Notes: generated by a model not told the origin, from the sequence alone. DNA of 20,897 bases from Armatimonadia bacterium (GCA_039683575.1 JBDKRC010000268.1:1-20897); one strand, 5' to 3'; positions 1 to 9,304 are shown, numbered from the stretch's first letter. Made by a program: numbers and translations.

Positions 1-2
1 GC

Positions 3-452
3 GATCTCGCGCATGAGATTGGGTCCGGGCATTGGTATGGCTACATCTGGGGTACCGACGTGACGCGGTTCCTGTCGCTCGCCGATGAGCAGCGGGTGGC
101 ATCGTGCCTGCACGCAGACACCCTGGAGGAGCTGTATGACATCCTGCGCGGCGCGCCCCTCAACGTGCCGGAGCGGCTCGTGCAGGCGGTGGACCTGATC
201 CTATTCGTGCATGTGCTGCCCGGGCGGGAGCGGCGGGTGGCGGCGGTGTATGAGGCAACAGGCCAGGGGCACCGGCTCGCGTTTGCGCTGGAGGGTGGGC
301 AGCTAGTGCGACAGGGCGAAGTCGTGCTGCCGGGGCGCCTGGGAGCAGGCGCCAGCGAGATGGCGCAGCGACTGGACGCCGTGCAGCGCATGCTGGAGAC
401 GCGCGAGCAGCGGTTCGAAGTCCTGCGCGAGCGCGTCCTGGAGTGCTACTGA
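3..452 (+). CDS. C-terminal part of a VirB11/CpaF(TadA)-like type II/IV secretion-system ATPase, truncated at the window edge
   Basis: The frame of ORF 60..452 is open back to position 3 (DLAHEIGSGHWYGYIWGTDVTRFL...). It has a Walker-B-like LAHE, a His-box-like ASCLHADT, and VDLILFV...RRVAAVYE, typical of the C-terminal half of traffic ATPases. Walker A lies outside the window. Confidence 0.55.
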   Translation, partial: DLAHEIGSGHWYGYIWGTDVTRFLSLADEQRVASCLHADTLEELYDILRGAPLNVPERLVQAVDLILFVHVLPGRERRVAAVYEATGQGHRLAFALEGGQLVRQGEVVLPGRLGAGASEMAQRLDAVQRMLETREQRFEVLRERVLECY

Positions 453-456
453 GCGA

Positions 457-3400
457 TCACTCCAGCCGCCACGCTGTGAGGCTGACTGGCTGGAGTGTGA
501 CGGTCAGCGGTGCTTCGATGGTGGCGCCGGTGACGAGGTTGCACAGACGCCTGCCACCGAGGGCAGCGGCATTGAGTTTGACCGTTACGGCCTCTGGCCC
601 GAGGCCGGTGTTGATGATCCCCAGGTACGTCCCCGCTTTGGTGCGGTAGCGCCGCACCACGATCTTCTCATCCCCACACGCCTTGATGATCTCCGACGGC
701 ACCGCCGGCAGGGCTCGGTAGGCTGCCGCGAACTCGCGCGCGTACTCTGGGAAGCCACGATTCATGTCGCCAATGCGCACGCCCATGAGGAAGGGGTCGC
801 TGGCAGCCATAGCGAGCACTTCGTCGAGCATGCAGTACCGCCCGGCGGGCTCGTTGCCATGCAGGCCGGGGCAGTTCCAGCCGATCTGCGGGTGATTCAT
901 GAAGGCGTCTTCATTGTAGATCCACCACAGGCAGACCGCGCTGCCTTCGCCGGTGCGGAAGTGGTTCAGGTACTTCTCGTTGCCGCACAGGAAGGGGTAG
1001 TGCGCGGGCGCGAGGTTCATCAGCCCACGATCCTGCCGGTACAGCGGCGGGTTCATCCCGACGCTGATCCAGGCGACATCGGGGCGCGTGTAGTCTTCCA
1101 TCAGGCGCGGGAGATCGAGCTTGCTCAGGTCCGGCAGCGACACCCGGCCCGGCACGAGCAGTTCGTCGCCCTTCTCCTTGTCCCACCAGTACAGCGGCGT
1201 GCCGAAGTGCAGGTTGTCGTCGCCCCCGTTGCAGTTGAGGATGACGAGTTGCAGGTCCGGGCGGACCTTGCGCAGCGCGGCGGCGGCGCGGGTCAGGTTA
1301 TCGCGCTTGCGCTCGTAGTACCACTGGCGGAACGCGGCCTCGTGGTTGTCGTGAACCCACTGGCCGAGGTTGCCGGCGGGCAGCGAGAGGCCCCTGGCTT
1401 GCGCAAAGCGCCGCACTTCGTAGTCGCTGTAGCTTATCTGCCATGCCTGGAAGCGGTGTGTCAGGATGAGGCCGCCGAAGCTCTTGTACTTGGTCGCGTA
1501 CAGGTCTCCGAGTTCAGTGACGAGCTTCTCGAGGTCTTCGCCGACGGCGGGATGGGCCATGTCGATGCAAGTGCCGGCGTCCAGGTAGCGCATGGTGCGC
1601 AGGCCGTCTTTGCCGGTGGTGGTGCCCCAGTGGTAGTAATGGGGGGAGCCGTCGGGCCACACCGCGAGGGCCTCCTGCGGGAGTTGGCCCGTGCCGCCGT
1701 ACTCGAGCAGCGGCATGACAGTGACGCCCGTGCGGTCGCCTTCGGCGAGGATGGGTTCGGTGATGCCTGGCTGCAGGCGATAGTAACCGGGGTGGGCCAG
1801 AGCATGCGGGTTGCTGAGCTTGTCGGGGCCGAACAGTTTGCTGGGCCAGCCGACGTAGCCGCTGTTGGTGGGGTAGGTGCCGCCGCAGTATGACAGGGCC
1901 ACTGGCGCGTAGAAGTTCATGCCAAAGGCACGGTAGGAGGCGATGTTTCCGGCGCTCGGGGTGGCGTCTTCGCTGATGAAGCCGAGCAGGCGGCGCGGCG
2001 ACCCGGCAGGCTCCTGCGCCGGCATGGCCAACGCCTCAAGCGCGGGGCGGTCGCCGAGTTCATAGAGGCGCAGGGCATGGACGGCCACGCCCTCGCTGAA
2101 GGGATCAGCCTTGTCGCCCATGGAATGCACTGCTACCCAGCCGTCGCCGCTTTGAGCCGACATGAGGGAGTAATGCCGCTCGTAGCGACCCGATAGCGGA
2201 AGGTCAACCTTCTGCATGAAGCGCTGGCGGGTGTGTGGGTCGCCGAGGGAACTGCCGGTGTGGAAGCCGAACGAGGCGCGGGAGTCAATGCCGTTCCACA
2301 GCAGGAAGTTGCGCGAGACGTCCTGCGGGTATTCGACGACCAGGACGTAGTGCTTGCCCGGCTGGACCTGGCCGCGCCCCATGCGGTAGGCGAACCAGCC
2401 CCAGTTGTCGGTCACGCGGCAGGGCTTGCCGAGGACGTTGGCCAGTTGCGTGAACTCTTCGCGAGTTTCGCGATAGGTCAGCGCCCAGTCGTACGTGAGG
2501 CGCGCGCCGCCGCCGTAGTAGTCCAGCGGCTCGCTCGTATACTTGGTGCTCAGCGCCTTGCCGCCCTGCCGCATCGCGTGCGGATCGGCGGGGTCGCCGC
2601 AGAGCACCTCGTCAACCAGTTTCAGCCTGCCATACACGGGGAGATCGTCGTAGCGTTCGGCCAGCGGCGGGAGCTTCGGGAGATCGAAGGCGAGCGGTTT
2701 CAGCCGCATCCACTCCGTTTGTGCGGCGACCTCCTCATTGCCTTTGAGCAGGCGGCAAGTGATCCGATACTGGTCGGCCCCCGCTTGCTGCTGGGTGCGG
2801 AGGAGGCGGTCAACCTGCGAGGGCGGCAGGTCGAGCTTGAGCAGGCATGACATGCCCGGCGGGAGGTTCACATCCATCTCGCCCGTGGCGGGGCGGAAGT
2901 AGAAGTCGAGGCATTCCCAAGACAGTTTCATCGGCCCCTGCGCCTTGTCCGTCGCCGCCACCCGCACCACCAGGCCGAGGGCGTCGCCTGCCTGCAACTC
3001 CACCGGCGTCACGGCCATGACGTACTGGGGCTTGCCGGCGCGTGTGACCACGCTGCCCTGCACGCCCAGGGGTGCGGAGCCGGCCACGCTCTTCTCCGGC
3101 GTTCCCCAGCGCCCGTCGCGCACGGCTTCCACGAGATCGGCGGCGGCCACGGGCATTCGCGCCAGCCACTGCACCGTCTCCTCCTTGTCGCCCACGCGGT
3201 ACTTGCCGGTGAGCAGCACCTGCGCGTCTGAGGCACTGAATTGCCTGGGGAAGCTGAGGAGTACGGGAATGTTGGCGGAGCCACTGACAGGCAGATCAAC
3301 CGTCTGCTCACTGCGACCGGTCATTCCTGCCGGACCGCTGGCCGAGATGCTCAGGCCGCTGACGGGTTGGCCGAGGGTGTTGCGGAGCTTCAGCGTCATC

Positions 3401-4047
3401 CGACAGGCACCGGCGGCGATTTCGGGGGCGTCGAAGGAGGCGGCGCGGGCCAGGGAGGCCGGCGGTTCAGGAACCGCGTCCTCTCCCTGCACGAGCTTCA
3501 CATCGTCCACCCAAGTCTCCCCCACTCCCAAGAAGCGCAGTGTCACCGCCATCGTCGCCGTCCCCGGCGGGCTGACCGCGGCCACGCCGAAGGGCACCCA
3601 GTCGCTGTAGCCATGCAGCCACGACGACGCCCAGCCCTCGTAGAAGGGATGGTCCTTGTCGGAGATGATCTCGCCTTTGGCGTTGAGAAAGCCGAGGTGC
3701 ACACGGAAGCCGCTGTGCGGGGGCATGGCGCCATGCAGCCGCACCCAGGTCGACAGGGCGTAGCGCTTGCCGGGCTCGGCGGGAAGGTTGCGGTACGACC
3801 AGTAGGCATGGCTGACCGAATCCGAGCCGGTCATGTACAGGCTGCGCTGGCCGGAGTGGGCCACGGTGTCCGAAACACCACCGGAGGAGGGCGCATGGCC
3901 CGCGGGCTCGTAGAAATCGAGCCGCCAGCCTGTGGCCACGTCCTTGCCGCCCTCCTCGAAGCTGTCGTTGGGGAGGAGGTTCTGGGCTTGCAGCGAGGCC
4001 GACAGGACCACCAACAGCGCAGTCAGAGGCAAGCTTAAGTGGCGCAT
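457..4047 (-). CDS. Large secreted putative carbohydrate-active enzyme: signal peptide, CBM4/9-like domain, NEW3/Ig-like domain and C-terminal glycoside-hydrolase-like TIM barrel
   Basis: 1196-aa ORF with a GAGGG RBS (4053-4057). Sec signal MRHLSLPLTALLVVLSASLQA. CBM4/9 pattern NLLPNDSFEE...AHSGQRSL...PGKRYALSTWVR...WVDDVKL. Ig-like LRNTLGQPVSGLSISASGPAG. GHL10-like CIDMAHPAVGEDLEKLVTEL and FRQWYY...LRKVRPDLQL segments. Confidence 0.7.
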   Translation of the reverse strand: MRHLSLPLTALLVVLSASLQAQNLLPNDSFEEGGKDVATGWRLDFYEPAGHAPSSGGVSDTVAHSGQRSLYMTGSDSVSHAYWSYRNLPAEPGKRYALSTWVRLHGAMPPHSGFRVHLGFLNAKGEIISDKDHPFYEGWASSWLHGYSDWVPFGVAAVSPPGTATMAVTLRFLGVGETWVDDVKLVQGEDAVPEPPASLARAASFDAPEIAAGACRMTLKLRNTLGQPVSGLSISASGPAGMTGRSEQTVDLPVSGSANIPVLLSFPRQFSASDAQVLLTGKYRVGDKEETVQWLARMPVAAADLVEAVRDGRWGTPEKSVAGSAPLGVQGSVVTRAGKPQYVMAVTPVELQAGDALGLVVRVAATDKAQGPMKLSWECLDFYFRPATGEMDVNLPPGMSCLLKLDLPPSQVDRLLRTQQQAGADQYRITCRLLKGNEEVAAQTEWMRLKPLAFDLPKLPPLAERYDDLPVYGRLKLVDEVLCGDPADPHAMRQGGKALSTKYTSEPLDYYGGGARLTYDWALTYRETREEFTQLANVLGKPCRVTDNWGWFAYRMGRGQVQPGKHYVLVVEYPQDVSRNFLLWNGIDSRASFGFHTGSSLGDPHTRQRFMQKVDLPLSGRYERHYSLMSAQSGDGWVAVHSMGDKADPFSEGVAVHALRLYELGDRPALEALAMPAQEPAGSPRRLLGFISEDATPSAGNIASYRAFGMNFYAPVALSYCGGTYPTNSGYVGWPSKLFGPDKLSNPHALAHPGYYRLQPGITEPILAEGDRTGVTVMPLLEYGGTGQLPQEALAVWPDGSPHYYHWGTTTGKDGLRTMRYLDAGTCIDMAHPAVGEDLEKLVTELGDLYATKYKSFGGLILTHRFQAWQISYSDYEVRRFAQARGLSLPAGNLGQWVHDNHEAAFRQWYYERKRDNLTRAAAALRKVRPDLQLVILNCNGGDDNLHFGTPLYWWDKEKGDELLVPGRVSLPDLSKLDLPRLMEDYTRPDVAWISVGMNPPLYRQDRGLMNLAPAHYPFLCGNEKYLNHFRTGEGSAVCLWWIYNEDAFMNHPQIGWNCPGLHGNEPAGRYCMLDEVLAMAASDPFLMGVRIGDMNRGFPEYAREFAAAYRALPAVPSEIIKACGDEKIVVRRYRTKAGTYLGIINTGLGPEAVTVKLNAAALGGRRLCNLVTGATIEAPLTVTLQPVSLTAWRLE

Positions 4048-4061
4048 GGGTACCCTCGGTG

Positions 4062-4115
4062 GTCATGCTGAGCACGGTGAAGCATCTGGGGATGCTTCGC
4101 TACGCTCAGCATGAC
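4062..4115. repeat. 54-bp imperfect palindrome (REP-like element)
   Basis: GTCATGCTGAGC-acggt-GAAGCATC-tggg-GATGCTTC-gctac-GCTCAGCATGAC: a 12-bp perfect outer stem and an 8-bp perfect inner stem, intergenic. Confidence 0.85.
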
Positions 4116-4131
4116 AGGCTTAGCTGAGTGA

Positions 4132-6342
4132 CTAACGAGCCAAAGCCGCCGTCAGCTTCTCAATGCTGTCGGCGATGCGGCTACGCACGGCGTACAGGTC
4201 CAGCAGGCCTGTCTCGGCGACCGGCTTGAGGAAGACGTGATACAGGATCACGCCCTTGTTCTCGGGCACAGAAGACAGAGTGAACTCGGTCTGGCCGCCC
4301 TTGACGTCAATCATCACTGTGGGCACGTTAGCAGGTCCCTTCAGCCCGCCCATTGGCGTCGAGAAGGGCTTGCCGTTGACCAGGAAGCTGGAGTACTGCT
4401 GGCCGCGGTAGTCCGCGTCGTCGTAGACATCCAGGACAAGCTGATAGCGCCCATCGGGCAGCTTGGTATTGAGCTTGATGAGCTGGTCAGACCGCTTTCC
4501 GCCCTTGTGCTGCATCCAGCCCTCTTCCAGGCCGAATCCCCAGCCCTCGGCGGCGGTGAAGATCAGATCGCGGACGCCGTACCCGGCGCCGGGGGAGGAG
4601 AAGTCCTTGGCGAAGTCGCGGGCGATAGCCAGCGTCTTGCGCCCCTCCGCCGCAGCCGGGAGCTTCCGCTGCTCCGCCCGCTGCGTCAGGTCCTCCAGCA
4701 TCCGCAGGTAATCATAGTCCTCCGCGCCCTCACGCCATAGCTCCCAGCGGATGGTCGGGACGACATAATCGAGCATCGGCTGCTGCGGCTCGCCCTTCTT
4801 CAGCGGCGGGTAGAAGAAGAACCCGTCGCCCTGGCGGTACTGGTAGGTGAACTCCGGCAGCATGAAGTTGGGGCGCTCCCACGGGGAGGCGGTGCGACCC
4901 CACCACGTCGTGAGGTAGTACAGGAAGCCCTCGGTGTCGCGCTCCCAGATGTTCCAGTAGATTGAGCGGTTCTTCTCGCCGGTATGGCCGATCAGGCAGG
5001 TGCTGCTGACATCGTAGAGCCAGTAGTGCGCACCCTTCTTGCGCTGCTCGGCGGCAACGTCCTCGCGGTACATGTTGAAGTAGGGTACCCAGATGGAGAT
5101 GAGCGACTTGCCCTGCGCGTCCACAAGCGCGGCCAGGGACGGACGGTTCGCGGGATCATAGGTGAGGGCGGTCCTGATCCGCGGGTCGGCTTGCCGGACG
5201 AGTTCACATACTTCCTTGATCGCCGGCGTATCGTCATCGGAGGGCTCATCGGTGACGTAGTAAACGGCGCGGTCGAGCCACTTCTTCTCGGCGAGGTGCT
5301 TGGCGATGTCGCCGAAGACCTTGATGACCAACTGGTCAAAAACGGGGTTCAGGCTGCCATCGGGGTTGCGGCGCTCGACGGCTGTCCCGGCAGCGTCGAC
5401 AAAGCGCAGGACCATCTGCCTCTTCTTGCCGTCCACGTCGCGGCGCGTCCACATATAGGGCGCGAAGTTGAAGGCGCTGAAGGCATCACGTTGGTCGAAA
5501 TACCGCTCGCCTTCGCGGTCAAAGCCGGTGAAGTCCACGGTCGCCTCGCCGGTGGGCTTGCCGTCCGCGCCCTTGGTGAAGGTCCACGTTATCTTCGCGT
5601 TGGGCAGCGGGCTGAAGGCGGCGTTACCGGGCGCGTAGAGGAATGGTGACAGACGCGCGCGGATGTACTCCTCAAAGTACAGCCGGATGAGCTTCTCTTT
5701 CTCTTCAGGCGTCTTGGCCCCATGCGCCTTGTAGATGGTGCCTTCGGAGAAGCTGACCAGGCTCTGCAGGATCGGGCGCTGCGGCAGCTGGAAGGCCCGC
5801 ACGCGAAGCTGCGCCGGGAGGGTCGCCATCACTTTGTCGCCCTGCAGCACTCGCACCTGGCCCTTGTACAAGCCCGGTCTCGCTTCGGCGGGCACTCGCA
5901 CGCTCAACCAGAACACCAGGTTGCGGCCCGGCTGCACTGCGAAGCTCTCGTCACCCAGCACGGGCGGCAGCGGGTCCGGGCGCATCAGGGGCTTCTCTGA
6001 GGGCTTGCTCACATCAAAGGGCGCGTTGATGTCCACATACTCGACATGGTACAGGCGCATCTCACCGACAGGCAGCGTCGCGCCCTTGTCACCGCGCCAG
6101 TCCGACAATGCCAGGCGCAGTCCCTCTACTGGCGTCGCGGACCGCAGCACGATCTGCGTCGCTTCGCACTCATTGCGCGCCGCTTCGAGGGCCAGGCGCC
6201 CGGACACCCAGGCTTTGCCCACGGCCTCGTCCTGGGCAAGCTTGTAGATGGGCGCAACGGTGTACAAGTCGAGAGGAAAGGCTGCTGAGCACAGACAGAG
6301 GAGGCAGACGAAGAGCAGGGAGTGGATGGCAGGGCTGCGCAT
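4132..6342 (-). CDS. Secreted GH123-like / DUF4091 glycoside hydrolase (putative N-acetylhexosaminidase fold)
   Basis: Start moved from 6390 to ATG 6342, which has a GAGG RBS and begins the signal peptide MRSPAIHSLLFVCLLCLCSAAFP. N-terminal AARNECEATQIVL and PDPLPP motifs, catalytic-type YYVTDEP, and DUF4091 motifs GDGFFFYP and TIRWELWREGAEDYDYL. Confidence 0.8.
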   Translation of the reverse strand: MRSPAIHSLLFVCLLCLCSAAFPLDLYTVAPIYKLAQDEAVGKAWVSGRLALEAARNECEATQIVLRSATPVEGLRLALSDWRGDKGATLPVGEMRLYHVEYVDINAPFDVSKPSEKPLMRPDPLPPVLGDESFAVQPGRNLVFWLSVRVPAEARPGLYKGQVRVLQGDKVMATLPAQLRVRAFQLPQRPILQSLVSFSEGTIYKAHGAKTPEEKEKLIRLYFEEYIRARLSPFLYAPGNAAFSPLPNAKITWTFTKGADGKPTGEATVDFTGFDREGERYFDQRDAFSAFNFAPYMWTRRDVDGKKRQMVLRFVDAAGTAVERRNPDGSLNPVFDQLVIKVFGDIAKHLAEKKWLDRAVYYVTDEPSDDDTPAIKEVCELVRQADPRIRTALTYDPANRPSLAALVDAQGKSLISIWVPYFNMYREDVAAEQRKKGAHYWLYDVSSTCLIGHTGEKNRSIYWNIWERDTEGFLYYLTTWWGRTASPWERPNFMLPEFTYQYRQGDGFFFYPPLKKGEPQQPMLDYVVPTIRWELWREGAEDYDYLRMLEDLTQRAEQRKLPAAAEGRKTLAIARDFAKDFSSPGAGYGVRDLIFTAAEGWGFGLEEGWMQHKGGKRSDQLIKLNTKLPDGRYQLVLDVYDDADYRGQQYSSFLVNGKPFSTPMGGLKGPANVPTVMIDVKGGQTEFTLSSVPENKGVILYHVFLKPVAETGLLDLYAVRSRIADSIEKLTAALAR

Positions 6343-6379
6343 GGTGGTGGCCTCGCTGGCTGATATGGGCAACGAGGCC

Positions 6380-6409
6380 AGTTTGCGCAAGTGCGAGGAA
6401 GATTCCTGC
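6380..6409 (-). promoter_or_regulatory. Putative alternative-sigma promoter GCAGGA-N18-CAAACT
   Basis: Lies about 38 nt upstream of ATG 6342. A near-identical bipartite motif occurs at 14082-14112. Confidence 0.35.
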
Positions 6410-6441
6410 TTTGCGAACGGGGGGGATAAGGATCGGGGCCG

Positions 6442-6996
6442 CTACATCTGCTCTTCGAGGAGCTTGCGGCTGAGGGGGTCGAGGGCGCCGAGGTCCACCA
6501 CCTCGTAGCGGTTGCCCTCGACATCGGTGAAGGTGAAGTGCCCGGACAGTGAGTGCTGGAGTTGGTCCCGCAGGCCGCGCGTCAGGAAGGTCACCCGCCC
6601 CCGGTCAGTCTCCGCCGTCCACTGAAACACATCAAATCGCTGCTTGCGCGAGAGCAGCCGCACGATGCGGGGGGCGAGGTACCGCCGCCCGAGTTCGTCG
6701 AGGATGGTGTTCCGGCTCTCGTCGGGCATTCCGTCCAGCGTCTCCAACACTCCGATTTCCCGGCCGTCTTTGTCCTGCAGCGACAGCCAGCCCTCGGGGT
6801 ACGTGTACGGAAACAGGCGCACGATCTTCACATCGCGCCAGGCTTCGCGCTCGGGCAGGTAGCACTGCAGCCGGAAGTCGCGCCGCCGCACCTCGGTCGT
6901 CGCCGGATCTAGCAGCCGCAGTTCCTCCGGGTCATACGGGTCTTCTCTGATCTCCCCCAGGATCGGCTGTCCCGGGCGGTGCAGGAAGTTGAGCAT
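6442..6996 (-). CDS. DUF1854 domain-containing protein
   Basis: 184 aa with RLFPYTYPEGWLSLQDKDGREIG...ELGRRYLAPRI...WTAETDRG...DVEGNRY...LDPLSRKLL. Starts 2 nt after the stop of the ABC gene, with its RBS (GAGAGG) inside that gene. Confidence 0.85.
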   Translation of the reverse strand: MLNFLHRPGQPILGEIREDPYDPEELRLLDPATTEVRRRDFRLQCYLPEREAWRDVKIVRLFPYTYPEGWLSLQDKDGREIGVLETLDGMPDESRNTILDELGRRYLAPRIVRLLSRKQRFDVFQWTAETDRGRVTFLTRGLRDQLQHSLSGHFTFTDVEGNRYEVVDLGALDPLSRKLLEEQM

Positions 6997-6998
6997 GA

Positions 6999-9221
6999 CT
7001 ACCTCTCTACCGCGTGGACTTTGGACACTGACTGATACATTTCGACGAGGCGCTTGAACTCGCCGCCGGACTTGTTCAGAAGCTCCTCGTGGGTGCCAGT
7101 CTCGATGATCTCGCCCGCTTTGACCACCAGCAGCCGGTCGGCATTGCGCAAGGTCGAGAGGCGGTGGGCGATGGCAAAGGTCGTCCTGTCCTTCACAAGC
7201 CGCCCGATTGCTTCCTGAATCTGCTTCTCGGTCTCAATATCAACCTGCGAGGTCGCCTCATCGAGAATGAGGATGCGCGGGTTGTGCAGCACCGCTCTTG
7301 CGATCACGAGCCGCTGCCGCTCGCCTGCCGAGATCCCGGACCCGCCCTCCCCGACGAGACTCTCGTAGCCGTCGGGTTTCTTCACGATGAAGTCATGCGC
7401 GTTGGCGATCTTCGCAGCGCGGATGATCTCCTCCCGCGTGGCCCCAGGCTTGGCATAGGCAATATTCTCGGCGATGGTGCCGCTGAACAGGAAAGTATCC
7501 TGGGGCACCACACCAATCTGGTGGCGCAGGTCCTCGACGCGCATCTGCTTGAGCGGCACGCCGTCAATCAGCACCTGTCCCTCATCCGTGTCATAGAAAC
7601 GGCACAGCAGGTTGATGATAGTGGTCTTGCCAGCGCCGCTGTGGCCCACGAGGCCGATCATCTCGCCCGGCTGCACCTCCAGGCTGACCTTCTTGAGCAC
7701 CGGACAGTGCTTGTCATAGCCGAAGGTCACATCACAGAACTCGACCTTCCCCACGATATTCGGCATGGGCGTCGCGTCCTGGGCATTCTCCACCTCGGGC
7801 ACGCTGTCGAGCACCTCAAACACGCGCTCGGCCGCCGTGAGTGACCGCGATGACCAGTTCAGCAGCATCGAGAGGGACTGGATGGGGCCGTAGAACATGC
7901 CGACATACGTCAGGAAGGCCATCAACGTGCCGAGGGATATCTGCCCCCACAGCACCTGCCGCCCGCCGGCGTACCACACCAGCAGCGTGCCCGAGGTCAT
8001 CAGTACCGTCATGATGGCCATGACGATGGCCCACATGCGCTCGGCCTGCACTCCGGTTACGGCCAGGTCGTTACTGCGCTCGATGAAGCGCTCGACCTCG
8101 CGCGGCTCCTGCGCGAAGGCTCGGACCACCCGCAGGCCCGTCAGCCCCTCGTTGAGGACCGCGTTCAAGCGGCTCCAGCGATGCCAGAAGCGGTGCATGT
8201 AGAAGCGGATGCGAGGCCAGACCGTCAGCGAGAATAGCACCACCAGCGGCACTGGCACCAGCACCAGCAGCGCGAGCTTGTAGTTCATCATGAACAGGGC
8301 CACGCTGATGCCCGCGATCATGAGGAGATTGATGGTCAGGTCCTCTGCGCCCCAGACGAGGAACTGCTGGAGTTGCCCCGTGTCCTGGTTAACGCGCGAG
8401 ATGACCGTGCCCAGTTGCCGCTTGTCGAAGAAGCTCAGCGACAGGTAGTGGAGGTGCTGGTACAACTCCGAGCGGATGTCATGGGTCAGGCGGTTGCCCA
8501 GCAGAGAGGACAGCCAGCCGCGGAACGCGCTCACGACACCGCCGATAACGCGGGCCGCCAGCAGCAGCACGACCAGGAAACCGAGCAGCCAGACGCGGTA
8601 GGCAAACGCGCGTGGAGTGCCGCGTGGCACCAGGACTTCGTCCATCAGCGGCTTTTGCAGGTAAGGTGGTATCAGGGTGAGGCCGGTGCCGACGAGGCTT
8701 AGGACGGTCAGCGCCACGGCCTTGGACAAGTGTGGGCGCATGTAGCCCAGCAGACGGCGCAGGGAGCGGCTCTTGGGGGAACAAGCGGGGCACACGCGGC
8801 TGCCCTTTTCAAGCGGAAAGCCGCATTTGGGGCAGCGGCGCACTTCTTCTTCGGGGAAATGCGCCTCCTCGTCTTTCAGCCACGTCCCCAGCATACCCGC
8901 GGCAGTGGAGAAACGGGGTGAGTGGGAGGCGGTGAAGCGGAGCAGTTCAAGGCGCTTGTCGTCGCGGGTGACCTCAAAGGCGCCCCCATCCACCAGCGCC
9001 TCGACGTGAGGCTCTTTGACTTCCGTGAGGGGGATATCCAGCCGCGCCTCAGCCTTCCCCTCTGCCTCACGCACCACATACAGCCGGCTGTCCGTTACGA
9101 CCAGCCACTCCTGGTCGAAACACCCCTCAGGTGAGAGGTCGGTCTTAACGCACAGCCGAAGTTCCCCCTGCGGGAGGAAACCCTCCGGCAGCGGGTCATT
9201 CCACTCCGTCGCAGTACCCAT
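6999..9221 (-). CDS. Exporter-fold ABC transporter (fused permease + ATPase) with N-terminal PH-like domain and Zn ribbon, DUF1854-associated type
   Basis: 740 aa with about six TM segments, Walker A GHSGAGKT, Q-loop VVPQD, signature ISAGERQ, Walker B ILILDEATS and H-loop AIAHR. N-terminal CPKC-x10-CPAC. Confidence 0.92.
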   Translation of the reverse strand: MGTATEWNDPLPEGFLPQGELRLCVKTDLSPEGCFDQEWLVVTDSRLYVVREAEGKAEARLDIPLTEVKEPHVEALVDGGAFEVTRDDKRLELLRFTASHSPRFSTAAGMLGTWLKDEEAHFPEEEVRRCPKCGFPLEKGSRVCPACSPKSRSLRRLLGYMRPHLSKAVALTVLSLVGTGLTLIPPYLQKPLMDEVLVPRGTPRAFAYRVWLLGFLVVLLLAARVIGGVVSAFRGWLSSLLGNRLTHDIRSELYQHLHYLSLSFFDKRQLGTVISRVNQDTGQLQQFLVWGAEDLTINLLMIAGISVALFMMNYKLALLVLVPVPLVVLFSLTVWPRIRFYMHRFWHRWSRLNAVLNEGLTGLRVVRAFAQEPREVERFIERSNDLAVTGVQAERMWAIVMAIMTVLMTSGTLLVWYAGGRQVLWGQISLGTLMAFLTYVGMFYGPIQSLSMLLNWSSRSLTAAERVFEVLDSVPEVENAQDATPMPNIVGKVEFCDVTFGYDKHCPVLKKVSLEVQPGEMIGLVGHSGAGKTTIINLLCRFYDTDEGQVLIDGVPLKQMRVEDLRHQIGVVPQDTFLFSGTIAENIAYAKPGATREEIIRAAKIANAHDFIVKKPDGYESLVGEGGSGISAGERQRLVIARAVLHNPRILILDEATSQVDIETEKQIQEAIGRLVKDRTTFAIAHRLSTLRNADRLLVVKAGEIIETGTHEELLNKSGGEFKRLVEMYQSVSKVHAVER

Positions 9222-9276
9222 CGAAAACCCCCGGACAGGAACAACGAGTGAAGGGCATCATCTTCTTCAACAACCG

Positions 9277-9304
9277 ACGGAGCGGTGTGGATGAACCGCT
9301 CCGT
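9277..9304. other. Intergenic hairpin/palindrome with a 10-bp perfect stem
   Basis: ACGGAGCGGT-gtggatga-ACCGCTCCGT. No clear U-tract on the transcribed (minus) strand. Confidence 0.7.

Noticed and set aside
859..4038. Several 200-344-aa plus-strand ORFs
   Set aside because: All lie antisense within the 1196-aa gene and show no domain motifs or RBS support.
6442..9221. Cyanophycin metabolism locus
   Set aside because: No cyanophycin synthetase or cyanophycinase gene is present in the window.
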